Source: an uncultured Gemmatimonadaceae bacterium
Lineage (GTDB): Bacteria > Gemmatimonadota > Gemmatimonadetes > Gemmatimonadales > Gemmatimonadaceae
Direction: 5' to 3'
Assembly: GCA_963740355.1 (NCBI GenBank)
Contig: CAVUDW010000002.1
Coordinates: 640,001 to 704,000, forward strand
Length of the DNA stretch: 64,000 nucleotides
Shown here: positions 53,211 through 63,017 of the stretch, one piece after another
How positions within the stretch are numbered: position 1 is the first letter of the stretch
Layout: each line of letters starts with the position of its first letter
Notes under the pieces: model-generated
The model's input: only the letters and a program-made list of their open reading frames with translations
The model's database searches: none
What the model was told of the DNA's origin: nothing
Program-made: the position numbers and the translations under genes

Positions 53211-54071
53211 ATGACAGTCGATGTACCGCTGCCCCTGGTGGGGCCGAGCATCACGATGCGATCGCTGGCGGCGCGTGCCGAGGAACTGCGTCGGGACGTG
53301 ACTCGCCCCGTGCTCCTCGTCGGCGCGCGCGGCCTGGGCAAGCAATATCTGGCGCGTCGTATTCATCTCGCGTCGTCGATGTCAGCGCAGCCATTCCTCG
53401 TGCTGGACGCGCGCGACGCACACGACAGCTCCGTGCGGCAGCTGCTCGACGGGGCGGCGCCTGGCTCGACGGTGCTGGTCCGGCATGTCGACAAACTCTC
53501 GGCCGCTGCGCAGGCACTCCTCGATCAGCGCACCAGTGACCGTGGCCGCATTGCCCGTCTGATGGCCACGACGACCGGCGATATCGTCTCGCTGGTCACG
53601 GCGGGCAAGTTTCTCGAGTCGCTGTACTATCGCATCCACGCCTGGCCGATGCTGCTGCCGGCACTCGCTGACCGTGAAGCAGACGATCTGGTGGCGCTGG
53701 CGCAGGCCGTGCTGGCGCAGACTGCGGATGAGGATGGCGACTTGCCGGTGACCCTCGATCCGTCGGCTGGGCTGCTGCTTCGTGCGCATGCTTGGCCCGA
53801 CAACCTGCGGGAAATGGAAGCGACGATGGCGCTGGCACAACTTCGGGCACGCGGCGCGGCGTCCATCGGTGCGGAGCACCTGTCTCTGCAGGCAGGCGAC
53901 GCCACACTTCCCCCGGCTGACGCGACACTCGCTGATGTGGAGCGCTGGCACTTGTTGCGCGCCCTGGCATTGTTCAAGGGCAATCGGACACACGCGTCGC
54001 GAAGCCTCGGCATCAGCCGGATGACGTTGATCAGCAAGCTGAAGCTCTTCGGCGCAGCGATCGACGAATGA
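53211..54071 (+). CDS. Degenerate sigma-54 activator-like AAA domain with Fis HTH
   Basis: GARGLGKQ, SLYYRI, WPDNLREM, GNRTHASRSLGISR; no GAFTGA and no Walker-B DE. Confidence 0.75.
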   Translation: MTVDVPLPLVGPSITMRSLAARAEELRRDVTRPVLLVGARGLGKQYLARRIHLASSMSAQPFLVLDARDAHDSSVRQLLDGAAPGSTVLVRHVDKLSAAAQALLDQRTSDRGRIARLMATTTGDIVSLVTAGKFLESLYYRIHAWPMLLPALADREADDLVALAQAVLAQTADEDGDLPVTLDPSAGLLLRAHAWPDNLREMEATMALAQLRARGAASIGAEHLSLQAGDATLPPADATLADVERWHLLRALALFKGNRTHASRSLGISRMTLISKLKLFGAAIDE

Positions 54072-54108
54072 CCTACGTCTCGCAGCAGGCAATCAGGGCA
54101 GATCACAC

Positions 54109-54906
54109 ATGACCAGTTCCATCGTCGGACATGCCTTCGTCCGCAGTGCGATCGCACCGATGTTCGCCGAGGCGCGTGTCTCGTCGGCGCAGGTGTCGCA
54201 GCAGCTGGCCGGCCACCCCGTGTACGTGCTCGAGTCACGTGACGACCACTGGCATCGCGTGCGTGGCATGGATGAATACGAAGGCTGGATGCACGACGGA
54301 TACTTCATGCGCCTGGTGGATGAGGCGCCGGTGATCCCCACCACGTCGGCCGATTTTGCGCTCACGTATGTGCCGCGGGTGTCGATGGGAGTGATCGCCC
54401 GCAGCGAGCGCCATGGATTGCGCGCGCTGCCGCTGGGCGCCTGGATGGACCTCGACGAGGAGATCGTCGATGGCGAGACGGTGGCGTTGAACGAAATGGA
54501 AGAGCACTTCGCCACCGCGCCGGACGCAATCGCGCAGTCGGCCGTGGAGTGGTTCGAAGGCACGTCGTATCAGTGGGGCGGGGTGACCCCGTGGGGTGCC
54601 GATTGCAGCGGCTTCGTACAGACGATCTTCGGCGTGCATGGGGTGCGCCTGCCGCGTGATGCGCACCAGCAGGCGCTGGCGGGAGAGGAGGTGTCGCGCA
54701 GTGCGTTGCAGCCGGCAGACCTGCTGTTCTTCTCCGACCGTCCCGACAAGCGGATCACACACGTCGGTGTCGCGCTGGCGGGCGACCGGCTGGCCCACAT
54801 CGCGATCGGGCGCGGCGGCTTCGCACTGGAGTGGCTGGGCGACGCGGACGATGCCTATGTCGCGGCACTCAGCGCGCGCTTCGTCACCGCGCGCCGGGTG
54901 GTCTGA
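54109..54906 (+). CDS. SH3-like + NlpC/P60 peptidoglycan peptidase
   Basis: YQWGG, ADCSGF, LPRDA..Q, ADLLFF, HVG. Confidence 0.9.
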   Translation: MTSSIVGHAFVRSAIAPMFAEARVSSAQVSQQLAGHPVYVLESRDDHWHRVRGMDEYEGWMHDGYFMRLVDEAPVIPTTSADFALTYVPRVSMGVIARSERHGLRALPLGAWMDLDEEIVDGETVALNEMEEHFATAPDAIAQSAVEWFEGTSYQWGGVTPWGADCSGFVQTIFGVHGVRLPRDAHQQALAGEEVSRSALQPADLLFFSDRPDKRITHVGVALAGDRLAHIAIGRGGFALEWLGDADDAYVAALSARFVTARRVV

Positions 54907-54922
54907 TCAGTCGCGCAGCAGT

Positions 54923-56005
54923 TTAGTCGGGAAGCTCGCGGAGCCATCGGGTCGCGGTGCGCACAGCCTCCCAGGATGGACGTGGGGTGCCGTCCGCCTT
55001 CCGCAGCCCAAGGCTACACAGAAAGCCGATGAACTGCGGCTGGTTCGGAAGGTTGTAGTAGGCGCCGAAGTCGTTGCACTGCTGCGCCGTGAAGTCATGC
55101 AGCAGGAAGAGGTTCACGAACGGCATCTTGTCCGACCGTTGCTTCCATTGTGCGATCGCGTCGGTGAAGAACTGTGCCTGCATCGTGTCCGAGCTGCCGT
55201 TGAGCGGCGAGGCCGGATAGCCAAGTTCCTGCAGCAGCACCGGCTTGCCGCCGGCGAGCAGGATCATGTTGTCGAAGAGCACACCCGAGATCGTCGGCGG
55301 GGCGACGTTGAAGCTTTCCAGCCCGAAGGGATAGAGCGTGTAGATCGCCACGTCGCTGACGGCGATGAGCGCCCTGACCGCCATGGTGTTGCTGGCGGCA
55401 CCATCGTACTCGAAGGTGACGCCAACTTTCACCGCTGGGGCGCGCCGATGGACCGCTGACACAGCCTGCGCCATGAATGCGGTGTAGGTAGACCACTCCG
55501 ACGTCCCACGCAGATAGTTGCCCACCTCGTTGCCGATCGAGAGGTAGGTCACGTCGCCGAGGATGGGTGTCAGCGCATCGAGCAGGCGCTCGAACCGCTG
55601 GGCCACGCGCGCATCGTTCCAGGCGAGCGTCGCCAGGTCGCTGGGCAGCTCGCGCTTCACGGTATTGATCGGCTGGACGCCGAGGAAGACCTGGAGGCCG
55701 CGGCTGCGTGCATAGCGGACGTCATCGATGACGCGCTGCACGTTCAGTCGTGCGCTATCGGGTTCGAGTCTGCTCCAGGTGTACGTGAGCACATTGCCGC
55801 GAGCGCCGAGCGCAATGCTGGAATCGATCGCCGCCACAAAATCAGCTGGCTGCGGCGCCGGAACTGCCCGAGGGTTGGCGCTGATGGCGAGCACCGGCCG
55901 CGCTCCCGAAGGCGGAAGCGTGAGCGGGTTGGTGGAATCGCATCCGACCAGGCCACAGGCCACGGCTAGTGCCACTGTGTTGAAGACGCGCGATCGAGGA
56001 ATCAC
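54923..56005 (-). CDS. Lipoprotein with a clan-A-like glycoside hydrolase TIM barrel
   Basis: Lipobox LVGC, WSRLEP, IGNEV, LLQELGYP, LGLRKADGTPRP. Confidence 0.7.
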   Translation of the reverse strand: MIPRSRVFNTVALAVACGLVGCDSTNPLTLPPSGARPVLAISANPRAVPAPQPADFVAAIDSSIALGARGNVLTYTWSRLEPDSARLNVQRVIDDVRYARSRGLQVFLGVQPINTVKRELPSDLATLAWNDARVAQRFERLLDALTPILGDVTYLSIGNEVGNYLRGTSEWSTYTAFMAQAVSAVHRRAPAVKVGVTFEYDGAASNTMAVRALIAVSDVAIYTLYPFGLESFNVAPPTISGVLFDNMILLAGGKPVLLQELGYPASPLNGSSDTMQAQFFTDAIAQWKQRSDKMPFVNLFLLHDFTAQQCNDFGAYYNLPNQPQFIGFLCSLGLRKADGTPRPSWEAVRTATRWLRELPD

Positions 56006-56092
56006 TGCCGTCCGCTCCTGATGATTCGGTCCGCTGCCCGTCCTGCTCGAGCCCGTCGCCTCAGTGACGTTGAGGCGCTCGGACTGCGACTC

Positions 56093-56533
56093 TTACGAAA
56101 CCAGCCCGGCGGGCGCTGCCGGCGCCAGCGGGAGCATCGTTTCCAGCACCTGATTGACGTGCAAGGCGGTGCGTGCGGCCTCGGCATCATCGATCGCCAC
56201 GATCATGGTATAGATGCCCGGCTGGTCCATCGGCAGGTCGACGACGGCCAGCAGCGGCACGTCGATGCCATCCGCTCCTTCCGGCGCCGGCCCGACCAGC
56301 AATTCACCGCGAGATGACCAGAGCATCTCACCGACCGGATTGACCCACTCGAGGCTGACGCCATGTGGCCCTTCGTCTTCGGCAACGGCCTTGAGGCGAA
56401 CGACGAACGTGGCACGGGGGTGCAGTGACGGCAGCTGGCCAACATGGAGGGCGTCGAAGACTCCCAAAATGTTGAGTTTCCCTTCCTGGGAGACATTGGC
56501 CGCATCGGCAAAGAGCGCAAATTGAACATTCAT
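56093..56533 (-). CDS. Conserved hypothetical beta-sandwich protein (DUF6941-like)
   Basis: FALFADAA...GKLNILGVFD N-terminal pattern. Confidence 0.65.
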   Translation of the reverse strand: MNVQFALFADAANVSQEGKLNILGVFDALHVGQLPSLHPRATFVVRLKAVAEDEGPHGVSLEWVNPVGEMLWSSRGELLVGPAPEGADGIDVPLLAVVDLPMDQPGIYTMIVAIDDAEAARTALHVNQVLETMLPLAPAAPAGLVS

Positions 56534-56598
56534 GACGGCATGGTACCCGGCCCCACGGCGTGCGGGAAGGCGTTCCGGGTGTCGCTAGATTAGGACAC

Positions 56599-57555
56599 AT
56601 GTCCGCCTCTGTCGCGCCTGCACCCGCCAGCCCCTCGTCACCATCAGCGCCTGCCGCCGTCGCGGTGCCTCCGGAAACATCCGGTTTCGGCACGATCGAC
56701 ATGCTGCTGCTGCTGATGGCGGCGCTCTGGGGGGCGAATTTCTTCGCGGTGCAGTACGGCACCGCACACATGCCCGGCCTGGCGTTCAACACCTCGCGCA
56801 TGACCGTGGGTGCGGTGGCAATGCTGGTGATCGCCGTGCTGTTCGTGCGTGAGCCATGGCCGTCTCGCGCCGACACGCTCCGGCTGCTGGGCTACGGCGT
56901 GATCGGGAACGGCATCTACCAGTACCTGTTCGTGATGGGCCTCTCGCGCGCCCGCGGCGGGTCGGCCTCGCTGATTCTGGCGGCGTCGCCGGCTGCGCTG
57001 GCGATCCTCGGCTGGTTGACGAAAACCGAGCGCATGTCGCGCTTTCTGGTCGGCGGGGTGGTGCTGTCGATCTTCGGAGTCTCGATGGTGATGCTGGGCG
57101 ACAATGTGTCTGCAGGGTCCGGCGGGAGCTGGCTCGGCAGCATCTATCTGTCGCTCGCCGTGATCACCTGGGCGCTGTACGCCACGCTGCTCCGCCCGCT
57201 CACACATCGCGTGAATGGGATTCAGCTGACGCTCATCACGCTGTTGGGCGGGCTGGTGCCTTTGTTCCTGCTGACGGGGCAGGACCTGCTGGCCACGGAG
57301 TGGACCGCGCTCACCTGGCGCACGGTGGCCGCCATGGCCTACGCGGGGCTCGGCGCGATCGTGGTGGCATACGTGATCTACTACCACGGCCTGAAGAAGA
57401 TCGGCGCCACACGCACGTCGCTTTATGCGAACCTGCAACCGTTCGTCGCCATCCTGGTGGCCTGGCAGTTTCAGAATGACCGTCCCACCATCTGGCAACT
57501 CATGGGCTTTCTCTGCATTACCGGCGGGTTGCTGCTGGCGAGGCGCGCTGTATGA
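56599..57555 (+). CDS. DMT/EamA-family transporter
   Basis: About 10 TMs in two repeats; LWGANF, YANLQPFVA. Confidence 0.9.
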   Translation: MSASVAPAPASPSSPSAPAAVAVPPETSGFGTIDMLLLLMAALWGANFFAVQYGTAHMPGLAFNTSRMTVGAVAMLVIAVLFVREPWPSRADTLRLLGYGVIGNGIYQYLFVMGLSRARGGSASLILAASPAALAILGWLTKTERMSRFLVGGVVLSIFGVSMVMLGDNVSAGSGGSWLGSIYLSLAVITWALYATLLRPLTHRVNGIQLTLITLLGGLVPLFLLTGQDLLATEWTALTWRTVAAMAYAGLGAIVVAYVIYYHGLKKIGATRTSLYANLQPFVAILVAWQFQNDRPTIWQLMGFLCITGGLLLARRAV

Positions 57556-58265
57556 CCGTCCTCGTCCTGTTCGACATCGACGGCACGATGCTGCTTGCCA
57601 ATGGCGCGGGTCGCCGCAGCGTGCACCAGGCGATGATGGATGTCTTTGGAGCGACGGGCCCGCAGCATCATCCATTCGATGGCAAGACCGATCCGCAGAT
57701 CGTTCGCGAACTCGGCACGATGGCCGGATTCGCCGATGACGTGATTCACGAGCGGATGACGCGTGCGCTGGACAAGTATTACGAGTATCTGGAGGCCGAC
57801 ATCACGAGCACACCGGAGACGGTGGAGCTGTTGCCAGGTGTCACGGCGCTGCTGGATGCCCTCGAGGCACGATCCGATGTGATGCTCGGACTTCTCACGG
57901 GCAACATTGCGTCGGGTGCCGCGCTCAAGCTGCGCGCGGTGAACATCGCGCCGGAGCGATTCGTGGTGGGTGCCTATGGGTCCGATGCGCCGACACGTCC
58001 GGCACTGCCGGCGATCGCGCAGGCACGCGCCTCAGCACTGCTCGGCGCAGAGCTGCCGGGCTCGCGAATCGTGATCATCGGCGATACGCCCCATGATCTC
58101 ACCTGCGGCAACGGTATCGGTGCACGCGCGATCGGCGTCGAGACGGGCCGGTTTCGCGCCGCCGACCTGCATCCGCACTCGCCGCTGGCGGTGTTCGCGA
58201 ACCTGGTCGACACACACGCGGTCGTCGATGCGATCACGAGTGTGTTGTCGGAGCGTGCGGCGTAG
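57552..58265 (+). CDS. HAD-family hydrolase
   Basis: LFDIDGT, LLTGN, IGDTPHD. Confidence 0.92.
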   Translation: MTVLVLFDIDGTMLLANGAGRRSVHQAMMDVFGATGPQHHPFDGKTDPQIVRELGTMAGFADDVIHERMTRALDKYYEYLEADITSTPETVELLPGVTALLDALEARSDVMLGLLTGNIASGAALKLRAVNIAPERFVVGAYGSDAPTRPALPAIAQARASALLGAELPGSRIVIIGDTPHDLTCGNGIGARAIGVETGRFRAADLHPHSPLAVFANLVDTHAVVDAITSVLSERAA

Positions 58266-59041
58266 TGTCGCAGGTCGGCGGAATCCTGCCGGTGCGCCTG
58301 CGCGGTGCCTGGCAGGACCGCGCCCTCGATTTCGACGCGACGATCGAACTCGACGGGACACTGGTGCGCATCTCGTCGCCTGCCGCTGATCCACCGCAGG
58401 TTGCGGTGTCGATCGATGACCTGCTCGGTGCCGCGTTGCACGACGACCTGCTCACGCTGCACCTGCACGGCGGCCGAACGATCATGCTTTCGGGCTCGCC
58501 TCACCTCGAAGGGTTTCGCAACCGGCTCGAGGCCGCGGTCTGCCAGTTCCCGGCGCAGACTCTGTCGCTGCGCGGCTTCGGCTCGGAGCGCAGCGCACCG
58601 GGCTCCGATCATGACATGTGGTTCGAGGGCTTGTTGACCGCCAGGCGCGTCGCGGAAGAGAGTCGCACGGTTGAAACGCAGCGCCGCGCCTTCGACGCCA
58701 CCCGCCTCTCCCGACATGCGCAGGTCACACGCGCCGGTTGGGCCGCGGTGCGGTTCGAGGCACCAGCTGACCGTCGCGCGCTGGAGGCTGAGCTCGAGGA
58801 GCTCTCAGCGCCCTACAGCCATGCGCTGCGGCAGCTGGAGCACGCAGCCCTGCGCCTGAAGCAGGCGACCGACGATCGGCAGTTCGACACCTGGCGGCGC
58901 TGGACGGGCACGGTCCAGAAAGCATTCCGGGCGGCCGATGAGGTCTGGGCGCCGATGGTGCCGGTGCTCTGTGATTCCCGTGGCGCCAAGGGATCGCTTT
59001 GGCGCCGGCTCCTGCGCCGGCCGACCTCAGGCAACCCATGA
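58265..59041 (+). CDS. Hypothetical protein
   Basis: Overlaps both neighbours in an operon; beta-rich N-terminus and helical C-terminus. Confidence 0.7.
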   Translation: MSQVGGILPVRLRGAWQDRALDFDATIELDGTLVRISSPAADPPQVAVSIDDLLGAALHDDLLTLHLHGGRTIMLSGSPHLEGFRNRLEAAVCQFPAQTLSLRGFGSERSAPGSDHDMWFEGLLTARRVAEESRTVETQRRAFDATRLSRHAQVTRAGWAAVRFEAPADRRALEAELEELSAPYSHALRQLEHAALRLKQATDDRQFDTWRRWTGTVQKAFRAADEVWAPMVPVLCDSRGAKGSLWRRLLRRPTSGNP

Positions 59042-59430
59042 TCTGCGGCATTGGGATGGACCTGGCCGACATCGACCGGATCGCGCGACTGCTGGGCCGA
59101 CACCCTGAGCGGGCGCGGCGGCGCCTTTTCACGGAAGGGGAGCGCGCCTACTGCGACCGGCGAGGGCTGCCGGCGCGCCATTTCGCTGCGCGGTTCGCGG
59201 CGAAGGAAGCGGCGTTCAAGGCGCTCGCCGGCTCGGAAGAGGCACGGCACATCCACTGGCTGGAGATCGAGGTGGCCAACTCACCGCTGGATGGCCGCCC
59301 GATGCTCCAGTTTCATGGCGCGGCGGCGAAACGTGCGGCTGAGTTAGGCGTCTCATCCATACACATCACGCTGACACATTCCGATCATGTGGCGGCCGCG
59401 GTGGTGGTGCTGGAGTCGTCTGGCCGCTGA
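59038..59430 (+). CDS. acpS: Holo-ACP synthase
   Basis: GIGMDL, AARFAAKEAAFKAL, GRP, ITLTH. Confidence 0.95.
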   Translation: MICGIGMDLADIDRIARLLGRHPERARRRLFTEGERAYCDRRGLPARHFAARFAAKEAAFKALAGSEEARHIHWLEIEVANSPLDGRPMLQFHGAAAKRAAELGVSSIHITLTHSDHVAAAVVVLESSGR

Positions 59431-59534
59431 GCAGTCCCTTGAGTCAGGATCCAATCCCAAGCAGATTATTCGGCATTGCAGGGCCCTGCTCTAGCCGAGT
59501 TCGGAGGAGCGGTGTATTGTTCTTCTGTGTTCCT

Positions 59535-59549
59535 GAGAATCATTCTCAA
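59535..59549. promoter_or_regulatory. Fur-type box
   Basis: Perfect 7-1-7 palindrome TGAGAAT-C-ATTCTCA, 12 bp before feoA. Confidence 0.85.
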
Positions 59550-59561
59550 CTAGACTGAATC

Positions 59562-59846
59562 GTGACTCCTGTCGCTCTTCCCATCGCCGATCCGCTTGTC
59601 GCGAGCACCCCGCGTGCACCGCTGGCGTGCCGTCTGGGTGAGTGTGTGGCGGGGGCGTCGGCGACGGTCGTGTCGCTAGGATGCGGCGAGAATGAAGCGT
59701 GTCGTCTGCGCGAACTCGGACTGATGGAAGGCGCGAGCATCAACGTGGTCGATGCTCGGCACTGCATGCTGTTGGACGTGCGCGGTTCGCGGTTCGCCTT
59801 GAGCCCCGCGATCACCGCCGGCATCACCGTCCTTCCGACGCGCTGA
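59562..59846 (+). CDS. feoA: Ferrous iron transport protein A
   Basis: RLRELGLMEG, VRGSRFAL; upstream of feoB. Confidence 0.88.
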   Translation: MTPVALPIADPLVASTPRAPLACRLGECVAGASATVVSLGCGENEACRLRELGLMEGASINVVDARHCMLLDVRGSRFALSPAITAGITVLPTR

Positions 59847-59882
59847 GCGTCGAGCGGTTCCTACCGCACAGACTGACAATCG

Positions 59883-62051
59883 GTGTCGACATCCTTTGCT
59901 CCCCGCGCCGGCACCGGAGTGCCGATCGACGCGAGCCAGCGACGCATTCGCGTCGCGCTGGTCGGGAACCCGAACACCGGCAAGAGCACACTCTTCAACG
60001 CGTTGACCGGCATGCGTCAACGCGTCGGCAACTTCGCCGGTGTCACGGTCGAACGCGTCGAAGGCGCCATGCGCGGCCCCAATGGTGAAAAGGTCACCAT
60101 TGTCGATGTCCCGGGTTGCTACGCGCTCTCGCCAGCCAGCCCCGACGAAGAGATCGCGCTGGGCGTGATGCGAGGCACCGGCGGCGAGCCGATGCCGGAT
60201 GTGGTCGTTGTCGTTGCGGATGCACTGCACCTCGAACGAAATCTATATCTCGTCAGTCAGGTGCTGGAGCTTGGCCTGCCCACGATCGTGGCGCTGAATC
60301 AGGTCGATGCCGCGGCAGACGCTGGCGTTGATGTGGATGCGGTGGCGCTGATCCATGAGTTGGGTGCGCCCGTGATCCCGACCATCGCGACGCGAGGCGA
60401 AGGCGTTGACGTGCTGCGCCGTGCCATGATCACGGTGCTCGATCTGCCGCGCCCGGTGCGTCCTTTCCTGATGTCGCAAGAGGTGCGGGATGCGCTCGCA
60501 CCGCTGGCTGACACCCTCGCGTCGCACGGCGCCACGCCGATGGTCGCGGCACACGACGCCCTGCGATTGCTCGCCGTGCCACGCCTCGAATCGTGGTACG
60601 GCACGTCGCGAGAAAGCATCGCACCGATGGTCGACGAAGCGCGCATCGCGATTGCGGCGGCAGGCTTCAATCCGCGAAGCATCGAGGCGGAACTGCGGTA
60701 CGGCTGGAGCAGCGGAGTCGTGTCGCGCACAGTGAAGGATCACAAGGCCGGCCAGCGCACGAACAGCGACAAGATCGACGCCGTGGTGCTGCACCGGTTC
60801 TGGGGGCCGGTGCTGTTCGTGGCGGTGATGGCGCTGGTCTTCCAGGGGATCTTCACCTGGGCCCAGCCGGCGATGACGGCGGTGGAGTGGACGGTGTCGC
60901 AGATCGGCGACGCGGTTGGCGCACTGCTGCCCGATGGCGATTTGCGCGGCCTGCTGGTCGACGGCGTGATCGGCGGTGTCGGCAGCGTCCTGGTGTTCCT
61001 GCCACAGATCGCCATGCTGTTCCTGTTCATCGGGATCCTCGAAGACAGCGGCTACATGGCGCGCGCCGCCTACCTGATGGATCGTCTGATGCGGAAAGTC
61101 GGGCTGCACGGGAAAAGCTTCATCCCGATGATCAGCGGGTTCGCCTGCGCCGTGCCAGCCATCATGGCCACACGCACGATCGAAGAGCCGAAGGATCGAC
61201 TGGCCACGATCATGGTGGTGCCGTTGATGAGCTGCTCGGCGCGCCTGCCGGTGTACACGCTGCTGATCGGCGCCTTCGTGCCACCGGTCGCGGTGCTCGG
61301 CGGGCTGTTCAGCCTGCAAGGCGTGACGATGTTGCTGATGTACGTGCTGGGCACGGTGACGGCGCTGATCGTGGCGGCCTTCTTCAAGCGCACGCTGCTG
61401 CGTGGTCCGGTGCGGCCGATGATCCTCGAGATGCCGGCCTATCGGCTGCCGAACATCCGCACGCTGCTGCTGAACGTCTGGCACCGCGCCCAGATGTTCC
61501 TTCGCCGCGCCGGCACCGTGATTCTCAGCTGCAGCGTGGTGCTCTGGGCGCTGGCGACGTATCCGAAGACCAACGTGCCGACGAATCTCGCCCCGGCTGC
61601 CGCGCACGAGATGCAGCTCGAGAACTCGGCGCTGGGCCACATCGGCAAGGTGATCGAGCCGATGGTGCGCCCATTGGGCTACGACTGGAAGATCGGGGTC
61701 TCGATTGCAGCCAGCTTCGCCGCCCGTGAGGTGTTCGTCAGCACGATGGGCACGATCTACGGCGTTGGCGAGGCGGACGAGACGTCCGTCGCGCTGCGCG
61801 ATCGCCTTCGTGCGGAGGTGAACTCCCGCACGGGCTTGCCACAGTACTCACCGCTGGTGGCACTGGGCTTGATGGTGTTCTACGTCTACGCGCTGATGTG
61901 CATCAGCACGGTCGCGGTCACGGTGCGCGAAGCCGGCGGCGGGCGGATCGGCTGGCGCTGGGCCGCCATCCAGTTCGGCTACATGCTTGGCCTTGCGTAC
62001 GGTGCCGCGTTGTTGGTGTATCAAGGCGGACGCATGTTGGGTTACCAGTAG
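59883..62051 (+). CDS. feoB: Ferrous iron transport protein B
   Basis: GNPNTGKS, GNFAGVTVE, DVPG, EDSGYMAR, MSCSARLPVY, AAREV. Confidence 0.97.
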   Translation: MSTSFAPRAGTGVPIDASQRRIRVALVGNPNTGKSTLFNALTGMRQRVGNFAGVTVERVEGAMRGPNGEKVTIVDVPGCYALSPASPDEEIALGVMRGTGGEPMPDVVVVVADALHLERNLYLVSQVLELGLPTIVALNQVDAAADAGVDVDAVALIHELGAPVIPTIATRGEGVDVLRRAMITVLDLPRPVRPFLMSQEVRDALAPLADTLASHGATPMVAAHDALRLLAVPRLESWYGTSRESIAPMVDEARIAIAAAGFNPRSIEAELRYGWSSGVVSRTVKDHKAGQRTNSDKIDAVVLHRFWGPVLFVAVMALVFQGIFTWAQPAMTAVEWTVSQIGDAVGALLPDGDLRGLLVDGVIGGVGSVLVFLPQIAMLFLFIGILEDSGYMARAAYLMDRLMRKVGLHGKSFIPMISGFACAVPAIMATRTIEEPKDRLATIMVVPLMSCSARLPVYTLLIGAFVPPVAVLGGLFSLQGVTMLLMYVLGTVTALIVAAFFKRTLLRGPVRPMILEMPAYRLPNIRTLLLNVWHRAQMFLRRAGTVILSCSVVLWALATYPKTNVPTNLAPAAAHEMQLENSALGHIGKVIEPMVRPLGYDWKIGVSIAASFAAREVFVSTMGTIYGVGEADETSVALRDRLRAEVNSRTGLPQYSPLVALGLMVFYVYALMCISTVAVTVREAGGGRIGWRWAAIQFGYMLGLAYGAALLVYQGGRMLGYQ

Positions 62052-62068
62052 ACTTGGCAGGAGCCACC

Positions 62069-62248
62069 ATGGTCGAGCAAGTCATCGTTGGTCTGATCGT
62101 CCTTGCCGCGACGTTCTTCATCGGCCGTCGGGTGTGGAGCGCCATTGCGGCCGTTCGCGCGCCGAAGGGCGCGGGGGGCTGCGATTCAGGATGTGGCTGC
62201 GCGCCGACAGCCACCACACATCGCACCAACACCCCCGTCAGTCACTGA
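62069..62248 (+). CDS. FeoB-associated Cys-rich small membrane protein
   Basis: AGGAG RBS; TM followed by GCDSGCGC. Confidence 0.8.
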   Translation: MVEQVIVGLIVLAATFFIGRRVWSAIAAVRAPKGAGGCDSGCGCAPTATTHRTNTPVSH

Positions 62249-62983
62249 TCAGCGCAGTCGCGTCCAGATGAGAAGCGAACAGTCCTCCGACTGACCGGTG
62301 TACTGTGCCGGCGTGCTCGAGGTATAGAGCTCGAAGGCTGCGATGTCCTGCGGCGGCAACGTCGAGAGCGCGAAGCGAAAAGTCAGACCCGGTGACGTCG
62401 CGTGCTGGCCGTCGATCCACACGCCGAGATTGCGACAGCGTGGGACATTGATTTCGCTACCAGAGCCACCGCCGGTGCGGACCCCGGGCAAGCCATTGAA
62501 CCAGTCGTTCAGGCTGAAGGGCACACCACCCGGGAAGTACGCGATATCGCGGAACTGCCCCCCACCGCGCTTTCGACGCTGCTCGAATGCCGCGCGCCAC
62601 GGCTCGCCGGGAAAGACATCCTTGACTTCAACTTCGGGCAGCCGCTGTCCGGCCGCACCCATCGCCACTCGCACGGTGAACGCGGGCGCCTTGCCGATCA
62701 CGAACCGTGCATTGCGCTGCTCGAAACCGATCTTCTGCACGGTGATGTTGATCGCGCTGTCGGCAAGCACGGTGGCCTTCGCCAATCCGGATGAATCGGT
62801 GCGCGCGGAATCGCCGGTGAGGAAGAACGTGATACGCACGTCCGGAATGGGATGTCCCTCCTTGTCGCGTACCTCGATCCGGAACTCACGAGGCGTGGAC
62901 TGCGCGAAGGCGGAACCGACGGCGAAAAACGTCAGCAGGTACGGAAGCAGGTGAACGAGGAGTGCATGAGTCGCGCGAAGCAT
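62249..62983 (-). CDS. Secreted carboxypeptidase-regulatory-like + TonB-plug-like protein (no barrel)
   Basis: Signal peptide, VRDKEGHPIP, TDSSG, KIGF, LPEVEV, VWIDG, DIAAFELY, LLIWT. Confidence 0.7.
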   Translation of the reverse strand: MLRATHALLVHLLPYLLTFFAVGSAFAQSTPREFRIEVRDKEGHPIPDVRITFFLTGDSARTDSSGLAKATVLADSAINITVQKIGFEQRNARFVIGKAPAFTVRVAMGAAGQRLPEVEVKDVFPGEPWRAAFEQRRKRGGGQFRDIAYFPGGVPFSLNDWFNGLPGVRTGGGSGSEINVPRCRNLGVWIDGQHATSPGLTFRFALSTLPPQDIAAFELYTSSTPAQYTGQSEDCSLLIWTRLR

Positions 62984-63017
62984 TGGTTGACCGTGAGGGA
63001 AGTCGACGGACCGTGGG

